Positions 16,294 to 26,382 of a DNA stretch of 59,879 nucleotides are shown here, in pieces. Position numbers and translations under genes: made by a program. The notes beneath the pieces are model-generated. The model was not told the origin of the DNA and did no database searches. It saw only the letters and a list, made by a program, of their open reading frames with translations. The DNA comes from a virus. Its lineage: Duplodnaviria; Caudoviricetes. Position 1 is the stretch's first letter. Each line of letters opens with the position of its first letter. The DNA lies in IMG/VR virus record IMGVR_UViG_3300031626_000002, positions 1 through 59,879 of that record; one strand, given 5' to 3'.

Positions 16294-18449
16294 TGGCTGG
16301 TAATAAATATAAAGAAAAGGTGTCTGATGATAGTCTAATCAATCTGATTGAGACTGGTATTCAGAACTCTACAGGGGAATGGTTAAACTCCTCTGATATG
16401 ACACGGGAACGTCAACGTTCTACATATGAGTTTGCAGGTATTGCTGCGGATCACTTAGCACCTCAAGGTGTATCTAGTATTGTTGACACATCTACTACAG
16501 AAACTGTAGAAGCATACACTGCAATCTTGTCTGATCTGTTCTTAAACAATGGAAGATTAGCTAGATTTGTACCATATGACAACTCTCCAGGCTCTTTTAA
16601 GAGTGCTAGGGATGCCTCTATGATTACTAATTATGCTATCTTTAAGCAGAATAATGGGTGGGAACTTATCCAAACCTGGATAAAAAGTGCCCTATTGTGG
16701 AAGAATGGTATCATTCGGTGGGACTATGTAGAGGGTTATGACTACGAGTTTGAAGAATACGAGAAGATTTCTCAAGGCCAGTTAGATGTCCTCCTTGCTG
16801 AAGAAGGAGTTGAGATCATTGGTGACCTAAATTATGAAAATGAATTAGGTGAGTTAAACATGGAGACCGGACAGCAAGATGCTGAGTTGGTTTATGTTGA
16901 TGTGCGTATTCGTCGTAAGAATGACAACTCTCGTGTTAAGATTGAGAACATCCCACCAGAATCTTTTAGAATCTCACGTGACTCTAAGTCTATTGATGAT
17001 GCTAGTTTTGTAGGTATCCAAACAATACTGACTCGTTCAGAGATCCGTAAGATGTGGCCTGAAGTTGCAGACAACATTGGTGAAGATGAATGGGATGATC
17101 TTGGTGATGATACAACTTGGGATGGTAATGGTAGCTATGCAGAAGACATTGCAGCACGTAAGCTAGTAACAGGTCAGAGTTACCTACAAGGTCGTATGAC
17201 TGATGACATTACAGCACTAGAGGCTAATCGGGAAGTGACTATCACAGAGTGTTGGATTAATGTTGACCGTGATGGTGATGGGGTTGCTGAACTTAAGCAC
17301 TTCATTATTGCAGGTGAGACAATCCTATACGAACAAGACATAGACATGATTCCAATTGCTTGTCTTTCACCTATCGATATTCCATATGAGTTTTATGGTT
17401 TGTCTATTGCTGATTTTACACGTTCATCCACACTAGCATCTACAGCAATCCTTCGTGGGTTTGTTGAGAATACATACCTTACAAACTATTCACCAAAGCT
17501 TGCTGATCCAAACGTTGTTGATTTCTCTGCTCTCCAGAATATGAGACCAAAACAAATCATTCCAACTAATGGTAATCCAAATGGTGCTGTAGCTTCAATG
17601 CCTCCAGAGGCAATTAGCTCGGGCACTGTACCACTGCTTTCGCACTTACAGACAATTAAAGAGCAAGCAACTGGCATGTCTAAAGCTGCACAGGGTCTTA
17701 ATGATTCTTTGTATGTGTCTGGTAATAGTGAGTCTAAGGTGGCTGCGGTTCAGTCTGCATCTCAAAAACGTATCCAGCACATTGCTCGTAGGTTTGCAGA
17801 GACAGGTATGAAGCGTCTGTGTACAGGTGTCTATAAGACAATGCGGAAATGCTTGAAGACTAAATCTAAGTTCAGTTACCAAGGTGTGTTCGCTGAGATA
17901 GATATCATGGCCCTACCATCACGTATGGATGTTGAAGTGTTTCTAGATATCGGTGAGAACTCAAATGCAAACATGATTAAGAAACTAGAGATGGTTGGTA
18001 GTCAAGTTCTCCCAGCTCTAAACAGTCAGGGTCAAGGCGTTGTAATTCGCCCATCAGCCCCTGCTATCTTAGCTACAAAGCTAATAGAGTCTATGGGTAT
18101 TGACAGTCATGATTTTCTTGAAGACTACACAACTGATGAGTTTAAGCAGAAGGCTATTGAAACTGTTCAACAGCAATCTGAGAAAGCCCAGAAGGATGGT
18201 GCTCTTGCACAACGTAAGTTGGAAGCAGATGCCTCACTAGCAGAAGCTAATGTTACATTTACCAACGCACAATCTAAGAACACTGTAGATGACAACACTA
18301 AACAGTTGGCTATATCTATTGATAAGCATTTCCAACAGTGGGCAGAGATTGACATCAAGGCGCGTAAGGAGGGTATCGAACCCCCACAGCGTCCTGACTT
18401 TAACCAAATAACAAACCTTGCACGATCAATGCTTGCAGGGGAAGCATAA
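16293..18449 (+). CDS. Portal protein
   Basis: 718 aa after TerL; KSALLWKNGII, IENIPPESF, PYEFYGLSIAD, EQATGMS..QG, IARRFAETG. Confidence 0.92.
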   Translation: MAGNKYKEKVSDDSLINLIETGIQNSTGEWLNSSDMTRERQRSTYEFAGIAADHLAPQGVSSIVDTSTTETVEAYTAILSDLFLNNGRLARFVPYDNSPGSFKSARDASMITNYAIFKQNNGWELIQTWIKSALLWKNGIIRWDYVEGYDYEFEEYEKISQGQLDVLLAEEGVEIIGDLNYENELGELNMETGQQDAELVYVDVRIRRKNDNSRVKIENIPPESFRISRDSKSIDDASFVGIQTILTRSEIRKMWPEVADNIGEDEWDDLGDDTTWDGNGSYAEDIAARKLVTGQSYLQGRMTDDITALEANREVTITECWINVDRDGDGVAELKHFIIAGETILYEQDIDMIPIACLSPIDIPYEFYGLSIADFTRSSTLASTAILRGFVENTYLTNYSPKLADPNVVDFSALQNMRPKQIIPTNGNPNGAVASMPPEAISSGTVPLLSHLQTIKEQATGMSKAAQGLNDSLYVSGNSESKVAAVQSASQKRIQHIARRFAETGMKRLCTGVYKTMRKCLKTKSKFSYQGVFAEIDIMALPSRMDVEVFLDIGENSNANMIKKLEMVGSQVLPALNSQGQGVVIRPSAPAILATKLIESMGIDSHDFLEDYTTDEFKQKAIETVQQQSEKAQKDGALAQRKLEADASLAEANVTFTNAQSKNTVDDNTKQLAISIDKHFQQWAEIDIKARKEGIEPPQRPDFNQITNLARSMLAGEA

Positions 18450-18467
18450 CTACTAGGGAGGTGGGGA

Positions 18468-18890
18468 ATGTTTGGATTACCTTTAGAACTAATCACGATG
18501 CTTTTCTCCACCATCCTAGGTGGTGTTATGTCAATGTGGGGTCAGAATACAAAGAACAAAGCCGAACAGCAAAAGATGATGATCGGTGGTATGCAAGAAG
18601 CTAGGGAGCATGGTAAGACGGATGTACACTTTGCGTGGACACGTAGGATCATAGCACTATCAGCAGTGTTTGCCATTATCGTGTTACCTAAAATGGTAGC
18701 TGTATGGTACCCAGAGGTCAGTGTGATAGTGGGATACACCGAAGTACATGGTGGTTTATTTAATTGGTTATTTGGTGGTGATGGAACAGTTCAGTGGCAG
18801 TCTGCTACGGGATTTGTGATTACTCCGTTAGATACACATATAGTGTCAGCGATTGTTGGTCTATATTTCGGTGCGGGGTTTACTAAATGA
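18468..18890 (+). CDS. Membrane protein, possible holin
   Basis: Three hydrophobic segments; ends IVGLYFGAGFTK. Confidence 0.5.
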   Translation: MFGLPLELITMLFSTILGGVMSMWGQNTKNKAEQQKMMIGGMQEAREHGKTDVHFAWTRRIIALSAVFAIIVLPKMVAVWYPEVSVIVGYTEVHGGLFNWLFGGDGTVQWQSATGFVITPLDTHIVSAIVGLYFGAGFTK

Positions 18891-19147
18891 TAAAAGATAT
18901 AAAAGATAAGAACATGTCTATCTCTTTCCTAGTGGGTATACTGTTTCAAACAGGTGCTTTAGTGTGGTATGTATCAAGTTTAGCAAGTGCTATAGAGCTT
19001 AATGCTCGTGATATTAGCAGGAACGAATCACAGCTTATGAGTTTAAATAGTATAATCCAAACTCAAGCCGTGACTCTTGGTCGTATGGATGAAAACATAA
19101 AGTCTATACGCGATATGATGGAAACAAACCGTGAAAATGGGAACTAA
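18887..19147 (+). CDS. Single-TM coiled-coil protein
   Basis: N-terminal hydrophobic helix followed by a heptad-rich region. Confidence 0.6.
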   Translation: MIKDIKDKNMSISFLVGILFQTGALVWYVSSLASAIELNARDISRNESQLMSLNSIIQTQAVTLGRMDENIKSIRDMMETNRENGN

Positions 19148-19352
19148 AACTATTGCCCTAGTCATTATTTTGTCCAGTTGTACAACAACAGTTGTAAACT
19201 ATCCTTCTGTTTGTCCTGGCAATGATTTAAAATGTCAGAGGAACTTAGATGCACAAACACTTTCAATTATTGGAGAAGATAAAGCAGCCATTAAACTTAT
19301 GTGCCTTGACCCTGATCTTAGTGATCTTCTGGGCAGCGATTGCTTACGCTAA
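19131..19352 (+). CDS. Putative lipoprotein
   Basis: K-hydrophobic-LSSC lipobox, additional Cys residues. Confidence 0.6.
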   Translation: MKMGTKTIALVIILSSCTTTVVNYPSVCPGNDLKCQRNLDAQTLSIIGEDKAAIKLMCLDPDLSDLLGSDCLR

Positions 19353-20016
19353 TGATGTTAACGGTGACTTCAGTAATAACTACCAAGACTCTACTCTGGA
19401 CAGTAATAATGAAAGTACCAGTGAGACGAACAACTACAATGCTACTGGGGCTGGAAGCCCAGCTCCTGTAATGTCTTCGATAGCTCCTACAGTTATGGGT
19501 GCTGGTGGGAATGACAGCTGCTTGATGCCAACCTCTGTAGGTATTCAGTTGAGCCTTATTGGTATTTCCGGTGGAACTATGGCACAAGACCCTAACTGCA
19601 ATAGGAGAAAAGATGCAAGGCTACTCGGAACACCTCAGCAAATAGGTGGGTTAGGCTTACAGGTCTCAGCAATTAGTGTTCTATGCGATAGCCCAGAGGT
19701 TTTTAAAGCTATGGTATTAGCCGCAACACCGTGCCCAATTGTTGATGTTTTAACATCTAAAATACTTATGGGTAAAAAAGCAATAAGTAAGTATAGAGAA
19801 GATCCAAATTCTTTTATTGTAGGTTATGTGGATAACAAAAGTTTTTGGGATAATCTATTAAGGATCGGGGAGGATCTAACAAATGAAATTGATGATGCAC
19901 AGGTTAATATTAATGTCGGGGACACTCGCTCTCTTAGTGAGCGGTTCCGGTCTACTCGCGCAGGATTACGATCTGACGGGGGCACAGAAGATAACGGAAC
20001 TCAAGGGGACGATTGA
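19249..20016 (+). CDS. Secreted or membrane-anchored cysteine-containing protein
   Basis: Signal-like LILVIFWAAIAYA; APTV...DSC...GISGG...DPNCNRRK...LC. True start uncertain. Confidence 0.65.
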   Translation: MHKHFQLLEKIKQPLNLCALTLILVIFWAAIAYANDVNGDFSNNYQDSTLDSNNESTSETNNYNATGAGSPAPVMSSIAPTVMGAGGNDSCLMPTSVGIQLSLIGISGGTMAQDPNCNRRKDARLLGTPQQIGGLGLQVSAISVLCDSPEVFKAMVLAATPCPIVDVLTSKILMGKKAISKYREDPNSFIVGYVDNKSFWDNLLRIGEDLTNEIDDAQVNINVGDTRSLSERFRSTRAGLRSDGGTEDNGTQGDD

Positions 20017-20710
20017 TATTATTAACAATAAGCTGCTTGCTTCTGGTCAGCTTTATAACGGTGCAGTTGGGTACGCTACGGTTGGTCGAGTCATCATAGA
20101 TGATTCCCTCAATGATGGATTGATCTCAGACGCACAGTATGTAGCATATAACATCGCCTTAGACAAGGTAGTAGGACATGACTACGCTACTGCAGCAGAC
20201 GCCAAACAGTTGTTCACACAAGAGCACACTGCTGCTATGAACCAGTTGACATTGGCTGTAGACTTTCTTATAGATGCCACTTCTGTTCTTGCTATGGCTA
20301 CTTCACTCTCTGATATTGCTGCAGATGCAGACACTAAACCAGAACAAGCTGCACTGCAGGGTATGCTTCTAACAGACGAGTACACAATCCAAGCCACAGA
20401 GGTCGCCGCTTACAACGATGCAGTAAACAATATTGAGAAGTACGCACAACAAGCTGGTGCTTTTATGGCAGCTGCTAATAACACAGAGCTTACCACCAGT
20501 ATTGATACCTACACAGCAGCTAATAATCTTGTAGCTGGTCAGTATACCGCTATCACCTACACACAGAGTGTTGATGAGTTTGTGATTACTTGGGATGCAA
20601 ATGGTACTGGCTGGTCTGGTTACTTGACTGCTGACATGAAGGATGCAACTGCTATATATGGTGCTAATACTTACATGCAACAAAATGGCTCACCAATAAA
20701 GGATATGTAA
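19883..20710 (+). CDS. Secreted Ala-rich helical protein
   Basis: Signal peptide-like N-terminus. Confidence 0.7.
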   Translation: MKLMMHRLILMSGTLALLVSGSGLLAQDYDLTGAQKITELKGTIDIINNKLLASGQLYNGAVGYATVGRVIIDDSLNDGLISDAQYVAYNIALDKVVGHDYATAADAKQLFTQEHTAAMNQLTLAVDFLIDATSVLAMATSLSDIAADADTKPEQAALQGMLLTDEYTIQATEVAAYNDAVNNIEKYAQQAGAFMAAANNTELTTSIDTYTAANNLVAGQYTAITYTQSVDEFVITWDANGTGWSGYLTADMKDATAIYGANTYMQQNGSPIKDM

Positions 20711-20711
20711 T

Positions 20712-21161
20712 TTGGAAAACGCTGAATTAAAAGTAGGGGGGTTTACCTTTAAGGGTTGGTACGTAGCTGCTGCCCTCCCATTGCTGGGTTCTTTAAGTGG
20801 TGGTATATACTACGCTTATGATACCCTACAGAGATTCTACGCTGTTGAGTCAGGAATCTCTACTGTAGTTGAAGCATCAGGAGCGTTTGACTCTAAGGCT
20901 GGTGAGCTAAGCTCTAGGATACAAACTCTTGAACAAGCAGTCCTGGATAATGATGTTCGTGGGTTGAATACAAAACTTTCATCTATAAGTACTCAAATGC
21001 AAACTATCTTAGAGCAACAGAAAACACTACTAGATCTACGATCTCAAGTTGAAAAAAGTACTACAATAACAGATGGGTTAGATGACTCTATTGATACTTT
21101 AAAAACAGAGGTTGATGATATTTGGAAAGCCTACAACTCCCTAGTGGACAACCCATTGTGA
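20712..21161 (+). CDS. TM-anchored coiled-coil protein
   Basis: TTG start, N-terminal TM, long heptad region. Confidence 0.7.
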   Translation: MENAELKVGGFTFKGWYVAAALPLLGSLSGGIYYAYDTLQRFYAVESGISTVVEASGAFDSKAGELSSRIQTLEQAVLDNDVRGLNTKLSSISTQMQTILEQQKTLLDLRSQVEKSTTITDGLDDSIDTLKTEVDDIWKAYNSLVDNPL

Positions 21162-21170
21162 GAGGATAAT

Positions 21171-21461
21171 ATGCCAAAGAAAAAAGATTCTAGATTAGCT
21201 AATGCTGGGGTGTCAGGTTACAATAAACCTAAACGTACCCCATCACACCCAACCAAGTCACACGTTGTTGTCGCTAAAGAAGGAGAGACAATTAAGACTA
21301 TTCGGTTTGGGGAACAGGGTGCATCCACAGCGGGTGCTCCTAAATCAGGCGAGTCCGATAGGATGAAAGCTAAACGTGCAAGCTTCAAGGCCCGTCATGG
21401 GAAGAATATCTCAAAGGGTAAGATGTCTGCTGCATACTGGGCGGATAAAGAAAAATGGTAG
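21171..21461 (+). CDS. Small basic protein
   Basis: KTIRFGEQG...ASFKARH...SAAYWA, a pattern common in marine phage head regions. Confidence 0.75.
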   Translation: MPKKKDSRLANAGVSGYNKPKRTPSHPTKSHVVVAKEGETIKTIRFGEQGASTAGAPKSGESDRMKAKRASFKARHGKNISKGKMSAAYWADKEKW

Positions 21462-21667
21462 TGGTTGGGTATTTAGGTGTAATACTAATCTGTATGAGTT
21501 CTCTAGCTGATCATTGTGACGTTATCACTAGCCCACACATATCCATCACGGAAGAAGGGTGTCAGGCAGACGTTCTAAATGAATCACTAAGGATTAAGAA
21601 TAAGTACAGCTATGCAAACATAAACCCTAGCTGTGTTGAGTTAAAGTATTATGGAGAACCTGCTTAA
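21455..21667 (+). CDS. Small secreted Cys-containing protein
   Basis: Hydrophobic N-terminus, 4 Cys. Confidence 0.55.
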   Translation: MVVVGYLGVILICMSSLADHCDVITSPHISITEEGCQADVLNESLRIKNKYSYANINPSCVELKYYGEPA

Positions 21668-21849
21668 TGCCAAAGAAAAAATCAACTGTTAATGAAGCAG
21701 GTAACTACACTAAACCAACAATGCGTAAAAACTTATTCAACAGGATCAAGTCTGGATCTAAGGGTGGCAGTGCAGGTCAGTGGTCTGCACGTAAAGCACA
21801 ACTATTAGCTAGTGAGTATAAGAAAGCTGGGGGTGGTTATCGTGCCTAA
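21667..21849 (+). CDS. Small basic protein
   Basis: NYTKPTMRK...GQWSARKAQLLASEYKKAGGGY. Confidence 0.75.
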   Translation: MPKKKSTVNEAGNYTKPTMRKNLFNRIKSGSKGGSAGQWSARKAQLLASEYKKAGGGYRA

Positions 21850-22099
21850 GAAAAAATCTCAAACAAGCTTAGACAAGTGGACTGAAGAGAAATGGGGTAC
21901 CAAGAGTGGCAAGAACTCTACTCAGGGTAAGGGGGCTACAGGTGAAAGATATCTCCCTAAGAAAGCTAGAGAATCTTTAACCTCAAAGGAATACTCTGCG
22001 ACTAGTGCGGCTAAACGTAAGGGTGCTAAACAAGGTAAGCAATACGTTGCCCAACCTAAAAAGATAGCCGCTAAGACCTCTAAGTATAGGTCTAAATAA
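21842..22099 (+). CDS. Small basic protein
   Basis: GTG start; SLDKWTEEKWGTKSG...GERYLPKKA. Confidence 0.75.
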   Translation: MPKKKSQTSLDKWTEEKWGTKSGKNSTQGKGATGERYLPKKARESLTSKEYSATSAAKRKGAKQGKQYVAQPKKIAAKTSKYRSK

Positions 22100-22121
22100 T
22101 TATAACCAATAAGGAAACAGA

Positions 22122-22424
22122 ATGGAAAAGTATAAAGTTGCAGCAGAGAAGATGCTGAAAGGAAATACACATCCGGATCTGATAGCAAAGGAAGCACTTG
22201 TACGTGCGCAGTTCTCCTCCCAACAACGGGAAAGTTTCTTTAATGAAGCTTACGGGGAATTGCTGGTGCAATACTTTACTGCCTGGTTAGGCACAGATCC
22301 ACATGAAGTTAAGACACGAGAGTTTATTTATAACTCAGCACTATCGCTGGGGGATGTTAAACAAAAGTTGATTAACTTTGAAACATACGGAAAAAACGTA
22401 CCATACATTGAGGGCAACACATAA
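22122..22424 (+). CDS. Hypothetical head-region protein
   Basis: ORF with AAGGA RBS before the scaffold gene. Confidence 0.7.
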   Translation: MEKYKVAAEKMLKGNTHPDLIAKEALVRAQFSSQQRESFFNEAYGELLVQYFTAWLGTDPHEVKTREFIYNSALSLGDVKQKLINFETYGKNVPYIEGNT

Positions 22425-22630
22425 TGAATAATATCGATTACGAACAGTTGATAGCTAATATTAAAAATATGATTAACCTGTTAGAGTACGACTCTATGCG
22501 ATCTCCAGGTAAAGCTAAACTGAATTGCAATCAACTTGGAGCTATGTACGGTCTACTAGATCGATATGCAGACAAGAAAGAAACATCCGTACCAAAGGCA
22601 ACTAAGCCTGCGGCTAAAAAAGAAGGATAA
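22424..22630 (+). CDS. Hypothetical protein
   Basis: Coupled ORF. Confidence 0.65.
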   Translation: MNNIDYEQLIANIKNMINLLEYDSMRSPGKAKLNCNQLGAMYGLLDRYADKKETSVPKATKPAAKKEG

Positions 22631-22636
22631 TATAAC

Positions 22637-23728
22637 ATGTCAGAACAAAATGAATCTCTACCCGCAATGGATGATGTTCCCAGTTCTGCTGGTCCAAGCG
22701 AACAAGAACTCCTAGATGCCGTACTATCTAATACCGAATTTCTTCGGGATGATGATGTGCCGCTACCAGAAGAGGAGATCGAGTACGAGGATCCGGAAGC
22801 AACTGCTGAGGAAGACCCAGATGTAGCAGATGCCGCCGTTAGCGATGAAGAGTCTGAGGAAGATACAGAAGAGACAGAAGATGAGGATGGCGCGGAAGCC
22901 CCTACCCAAGAAGCTACTGTGTTTACTGTTGATGATCTAGACTTAGATGCCAAAGTCTCTGTCAAAATTGATGGGGAAGAAATGGAAGTCTCATTTGCTG
23001 ATCTGCTTAAAGGCTATCAGACAGATGCTTCACTCTCTAAAAAGGGTCGTGAACTCGGAGAGGCGCGTAAGGCCATTGATGAGGAGCGTGTTACTAAGTT
23101 ATCTGAAATCACAAAGATGTCAGATGCTACTAATGCAATGCTAACAATGGACGAACAAAAACTGGCTAAGGAATACCACGATATTGAAGCCAAGATCAAA
23201 GAAGCTAGGGATAGCGGAGACACTTATGAACTAAGTGATCTCAAGGATCAACGTGAACAGTCACAGCAGAAATACTGGGCTGCACGTAATACCCGTGAGA
23301 ATCTTTTGAAGACTGTTGAAGAACAGAAATTAAAACTTCAGGAAGAGCAGTTTACATCTCAGATGAAACACTTCCAAGAAGTGATTCCAAATATAATCCC
23401 CGACTTCAGTGAAAAGGTTGCAGTTGAAATTCGAGAGTTCGCTCTTGAGAATGGTATTGCAGATGAACTTTTAAATTCGGTTATAGATCCCAATGTTGTA
23501 AAATTTATTGATGACTATCGCCGCTTGAAGAATGGAATTACGAAAGGCGCTGCAAAGCGTAAGGATATTCCAACTAAGAAGGTTCCAACTAAAAAGCCAG
23601 CGGCTGCTAATAAAAAAGCAGCTGATAAAGAAAAGATGGTGAAGGCCCGTGCATTTAAAGAAGGTGCATCTAAAGATGACCAAATGGACTTCCTTCGTCA
23701 ATACGCCTCCAACTCTCTAACTAAATAA
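22637..23728 (+). CDS. Capsid scaffolding protein
   Basis: Acidic N-terminus, VKIDGEEMEVSFADLLKGYQ, coiled coil, directly upstream of the capsid gene. Confidence 0.88.
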   Translation: MSEQNESLPAMDDVPSSAGPSEQELLDAVLSNTEFLRDDDVPLPEEEIEYEDPEATAEEDPDVADAAVSDEESEEDTEETEDEDGAEAPTQEATVFTVDDLDLDAKVSVKIDGEEMEVSFADLLKGYQTDASLSKKGRELGEARKAIDEERVTKLSEITKMSDATNAMLTMDEQKLAKEYHDIEAKIKEARDSGDTYELSDLKDQREQSQQKYWAARNTRENLLKTVEEQKLKLQEEQFTSQMKHFQEVIPNIIPDFSEKVAVEIREFALENGIADELLNSVIDPNVVKFIDDYRRLKNGITKGAAKRKDIPTKKVPTKKPAAANKKAADKEKMVKARAFKEGASKDDQMDFLRQYASNSLTK

Positions 23729-23749
23729 TATCCTAGGAGGATTAATAAA

Positions 23750-24820
23750 ATGGCAACTACAGGTGGGCGTAATATCGTCACAGCTCGTGGAGCAACAGGC
23801 ACTGGTAAAGACGTTTCAAACCGTGAGGATCTAGCGAATTTCATTTCGATGATCACACGTGATGAGACTCCTTTCTTGTCCTCAATCGGAAAATCTAAAG
23901 CAACCAACATCTATCACGAATGGCAAACCGACGAGCTCACAGCTCCAGGTAACTCTCGTGTAGCTGAGGGCGCAGACTTCTTGGCAGCTGGTACTACACC
24001 TGCTTCCGGTGATGGTTCAGCTTCTACAGCAATTGGTCCAATGCGTACACGCTTGGGTAACTACACACAAATCAACAGCAAAACAATCTCTGTATCAGGT
24101 AGCCGCCGTGCAATCGATCAGGCTGGTGTTGCTGATGAGTATGCATATCAGCTAAAAAAGCGTGGCACAGAAATGCGCCGTGATATGGAGTTTGACCTTG
24201 TAAACACATACAACAAGCAGACTACTTCTGGCGCTCGTCAGACTGGTGGTTTTCAATCGTTTGTAAACAGTGGTGATACTTGTGTGTTTAAAGGTGCCTT
24301 CACTGCACCAGCTACACCCAATGCAGGTACATCAGTAATTACAGTTGCTGCAGGTGCTGCAACAGCCGCTTTGGCTCTCACAGACATTGATTCAGTTATG
24401 CAGAAGATCTATGAGAATGGTGGTTCCGCTACCCGTATCATGGTTTCTCCAAAACTTCGCCGTGACTTCTCTGACCTCATGGTCAGTGACACAGGCGTTC
24501 GTCGTAACATCGATGAAGATGGTAAGCTCCGCCAGTCGGTAGACGTTTACATGTCAGACTTTGGTGACTTGATGGTAGTTCCAAACTACATCATGGGTCT
24601 TGCCCACACAACTACTGATGCAACCACAACACAGTTTGACGCTGCAGACTCATGTGCGCTTGTATATGATCCACAGTGGTTTGCAATGGCGACATTGCGT
24701 CCAATGCAGGAAGTTGAAGTTGGTCAGAAAGGTGACTCAACTGTTGGCATGTTTGTCGAAGAATGGTCTTTGGAAGTTAAGAATCCAAAAGGCTGTGGCG
24801 CGATTTACGGCTTGGCATAA
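23750..24820 (+). CDS. Major capsid protein (DUF5309/SU10-type)
   Basis: NREDL...ETPFLSSIG...HEWQTDEL...EGAD...NYTQI...RRDME...YMSDFG. Confidence 0.93.
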   Translation: MATTGGRNIVTARGATGTGKDVSNREDLANFISMITRDETPFLSSIGKSKATNIYHEWQTDELTAPGNSRVAEGADFLAAGTTPASGDGSASTAIGPMRTRLGNYTQINSKTISVSGSRRAIDQAGVADEYAYQLKKRGTEMRRDMEFDLVNTYNKQTTSGARQTGGFQSFVNSGDTCVFKGAFTAPATPNAGTSVITVAAGAATAALALTDIDSVMQKIYENGGSATRIMVSPKLRRDFSDLMVSDTGVRRNIDEDGKLRQSVDVYMSDFGDLMVVPNYIMGLAHTTTDATTTQFDAADSCALVYDPQWFAMATLRPMQEVEVGQKGDSTVGMFVEEWSLEVKNPKGCGAIYGLA

Positions 24821-24828
24821 ATACAATA

Positions 24829-24864
24829 AGGGGAGGGAGATTATTTCTCCTTCCCTATTTTATT
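24829..24864 (+). terminator. Intrinsic terminator after the capsid gene
   Basis: GGGAGGGAGA-ttatt-TCTCCTTCCC followed by TATTTTATT. Confidence 0.75.
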
Positions 24865-24883
24865 CTATTAGGAGGTATAGAAC

Positions 24884-25114
24884 ATGATGGTAATCAAAGG
24901 GACAATCCCAGCAAATACACTTGGAAATAACTTGGTCGGAGATGTACTCCATCTGCCAGCAGATCGATGCGCTTGGACAACATCAGCATCTTCAGCTAGT
25001 GGGTACCAAGTAGATAAAGCATTTTTAATCCACTCTACAGGCAACGTGACTATCACTGCCCCATCTTTGGGTTATATTGGTAAGTCTGGTCGATTCGTAG
25101 AGATGGCAACTTAA
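24884..25114 (+). CDS. Small virion-region protein
   Basis: AGGAGG RBS. Confidence 0.7.
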   Translation: MMVIKGTIPANTLGNNLVGDVLHLPADRCAWTTSASSASGYQVDKAFLIHSTGNVTITAPSLGYIGKSGRFVEMAT

Positions 25115-25129
25115 TAAGAGGAAGAGGAC

Positions 25130-25465
25130 ATGGCACGTTGGGATGTAATACCTGGCACAGAGAACAGTACTATTAAAGGTACTATTCAATGCAATGAGGA
25201 TGGGTCTAGTCAGTGGAAGATGTACCAGGATGAGAAACCTTTCCTAGAGCAGGCTAAAAAGGATCGTGATCTTTTAAACAGTGGTTTTAATAAAAAGGAC
25301 CTAGGGTTTAAAAAGTTCGCTACAGTTCCTGATATCGTAGCCATTGAAATAAAAAACAAGTGGGGTATTGATTTGCATGATTCGGCAACGATGAAAGATA
25401 AAGACATGATGGCTAAATTCATGGTTATTTTTAAGCAAAACTACTCCCACCTCATGTCTTATTAA
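25130..25465 (+). CDS. Hypothetical virion-assembly protein
   Basis: GAGGA RBS; KKFATVPDIV pattern seen after podophage capsid genes. Confidence 0.7.
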   Translation: MARWDVIPGTENSTIKGTIQCNEDGSSQWKMYQDEKPFLEQAKKDRDLLNSGFNKKDLGFKKFATVPDIVAIEIKNKWGIDLHDSATMKDKDMMAKFMVIFKQNYSHLMSY

Positions 25466-25476
25466 GGAGATTTAAG

Positions 25477-26373
25477 ATGGCAACATACGTAGAATTTGTA
25501 GGATCTGGTGACTTCACTGGTGATAACGCAGGGTTAATTAGGTCCTGGGCAAACAGGGATGTTTCTGTTCTGTCTAACTCAGTGGTAGTACGGTGTTTTA
25601 ATTACGCAGCAGATAAAGCTTACAGAACTCTACGTGTGCCACCACTAGAAATCACTAGGCTTTATGATGTTAATGGTACTCAAGATGAGATAACTGCGGC
25701 GGGAGTGGCTGGTGTAACTCCAGACATTTCCCCCAGTTCTTTTTGGGGTGGTGGGCAAGTGTTGTCCATGACTGCACCTACTGACATGATTGAAATTATG
25801 TACATTAGGAATGCAGACACCACTACTAAAAACCCAGGTATTGTTTACAATGAAAAAGTAGATATACGAACATTTAACGATGGGCTTAGTAGCTCAAGGG
25901 ATTATCATTTCTATACTCGAATTGGAAATCAAATAAAACTACATGGTAATTTTAGTCGTGGAGATGTAGTAGAGTTACATTACTATCGCAGGTTAGCCGC
26001 ACTTGATGCAACTTACTCAGGTACCTATACCAACTGGAAGTCAGGGTTGGGGACTCTAGATATCGGAGGTGTGGCTACAACTTACTCAGCCGCTGTTGAT
26101 AAAACAGAAGCATCCTTTGATACAAGGCTTGCAGAAAATGCAGCCTATTGGGTAGGTGATTTGGCGGCTCATTGGTTACGGGATGAGAATGAAAGAATTG
26201 TTTTGTTCGGAGCACTCTTAGAGGTGTCTATTTATTTGAATGACAACGAAGAAATACAAAAGTATCAAATACTATTTGATCAAGAGATATTAGAATTAAA
26301 TAAAGAAGAAATAACACGAAGGAACAGGGGTGGTAACCTCTCAATGTCATTCGCATATAGTGATTTACTCTAG
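25477..26373 (+). CDS. Head-tail adaptor (tail tubular A-like)
   Basis: Position; WANR...RTLRVPPLE...LHYYRRL...WLRD...VLFGALLE. Confidence 0.75.
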   Translation: MATYVEFVGSGDFTGDNAGLIRSWANRDVSVLSNSVVVRCFNYAADKAYRTLRVPPLEITRLYDVNGTQDEITAAGVAGVTPDISPSSFWGGGQVLSMTAPTDMIEIMYIRNADTTTKNPGIVYNEKVDIRTFNDGLSSSRDYHFYTRIGNQIKLHGNFSRGDVVELHYYRRLAALDATYSGTYTNWKSGLGTLDIGGVATTYSAAVDKTEASFDTRLAENAAYWVGDLAAHWLRDENERIVLFGALLEVSIYLNDNEEIQKYQILFDQEILELNKEEITRRNRGGNLSMSFAYSDLL

Positions 26374-26382
26374 GAGGATACT

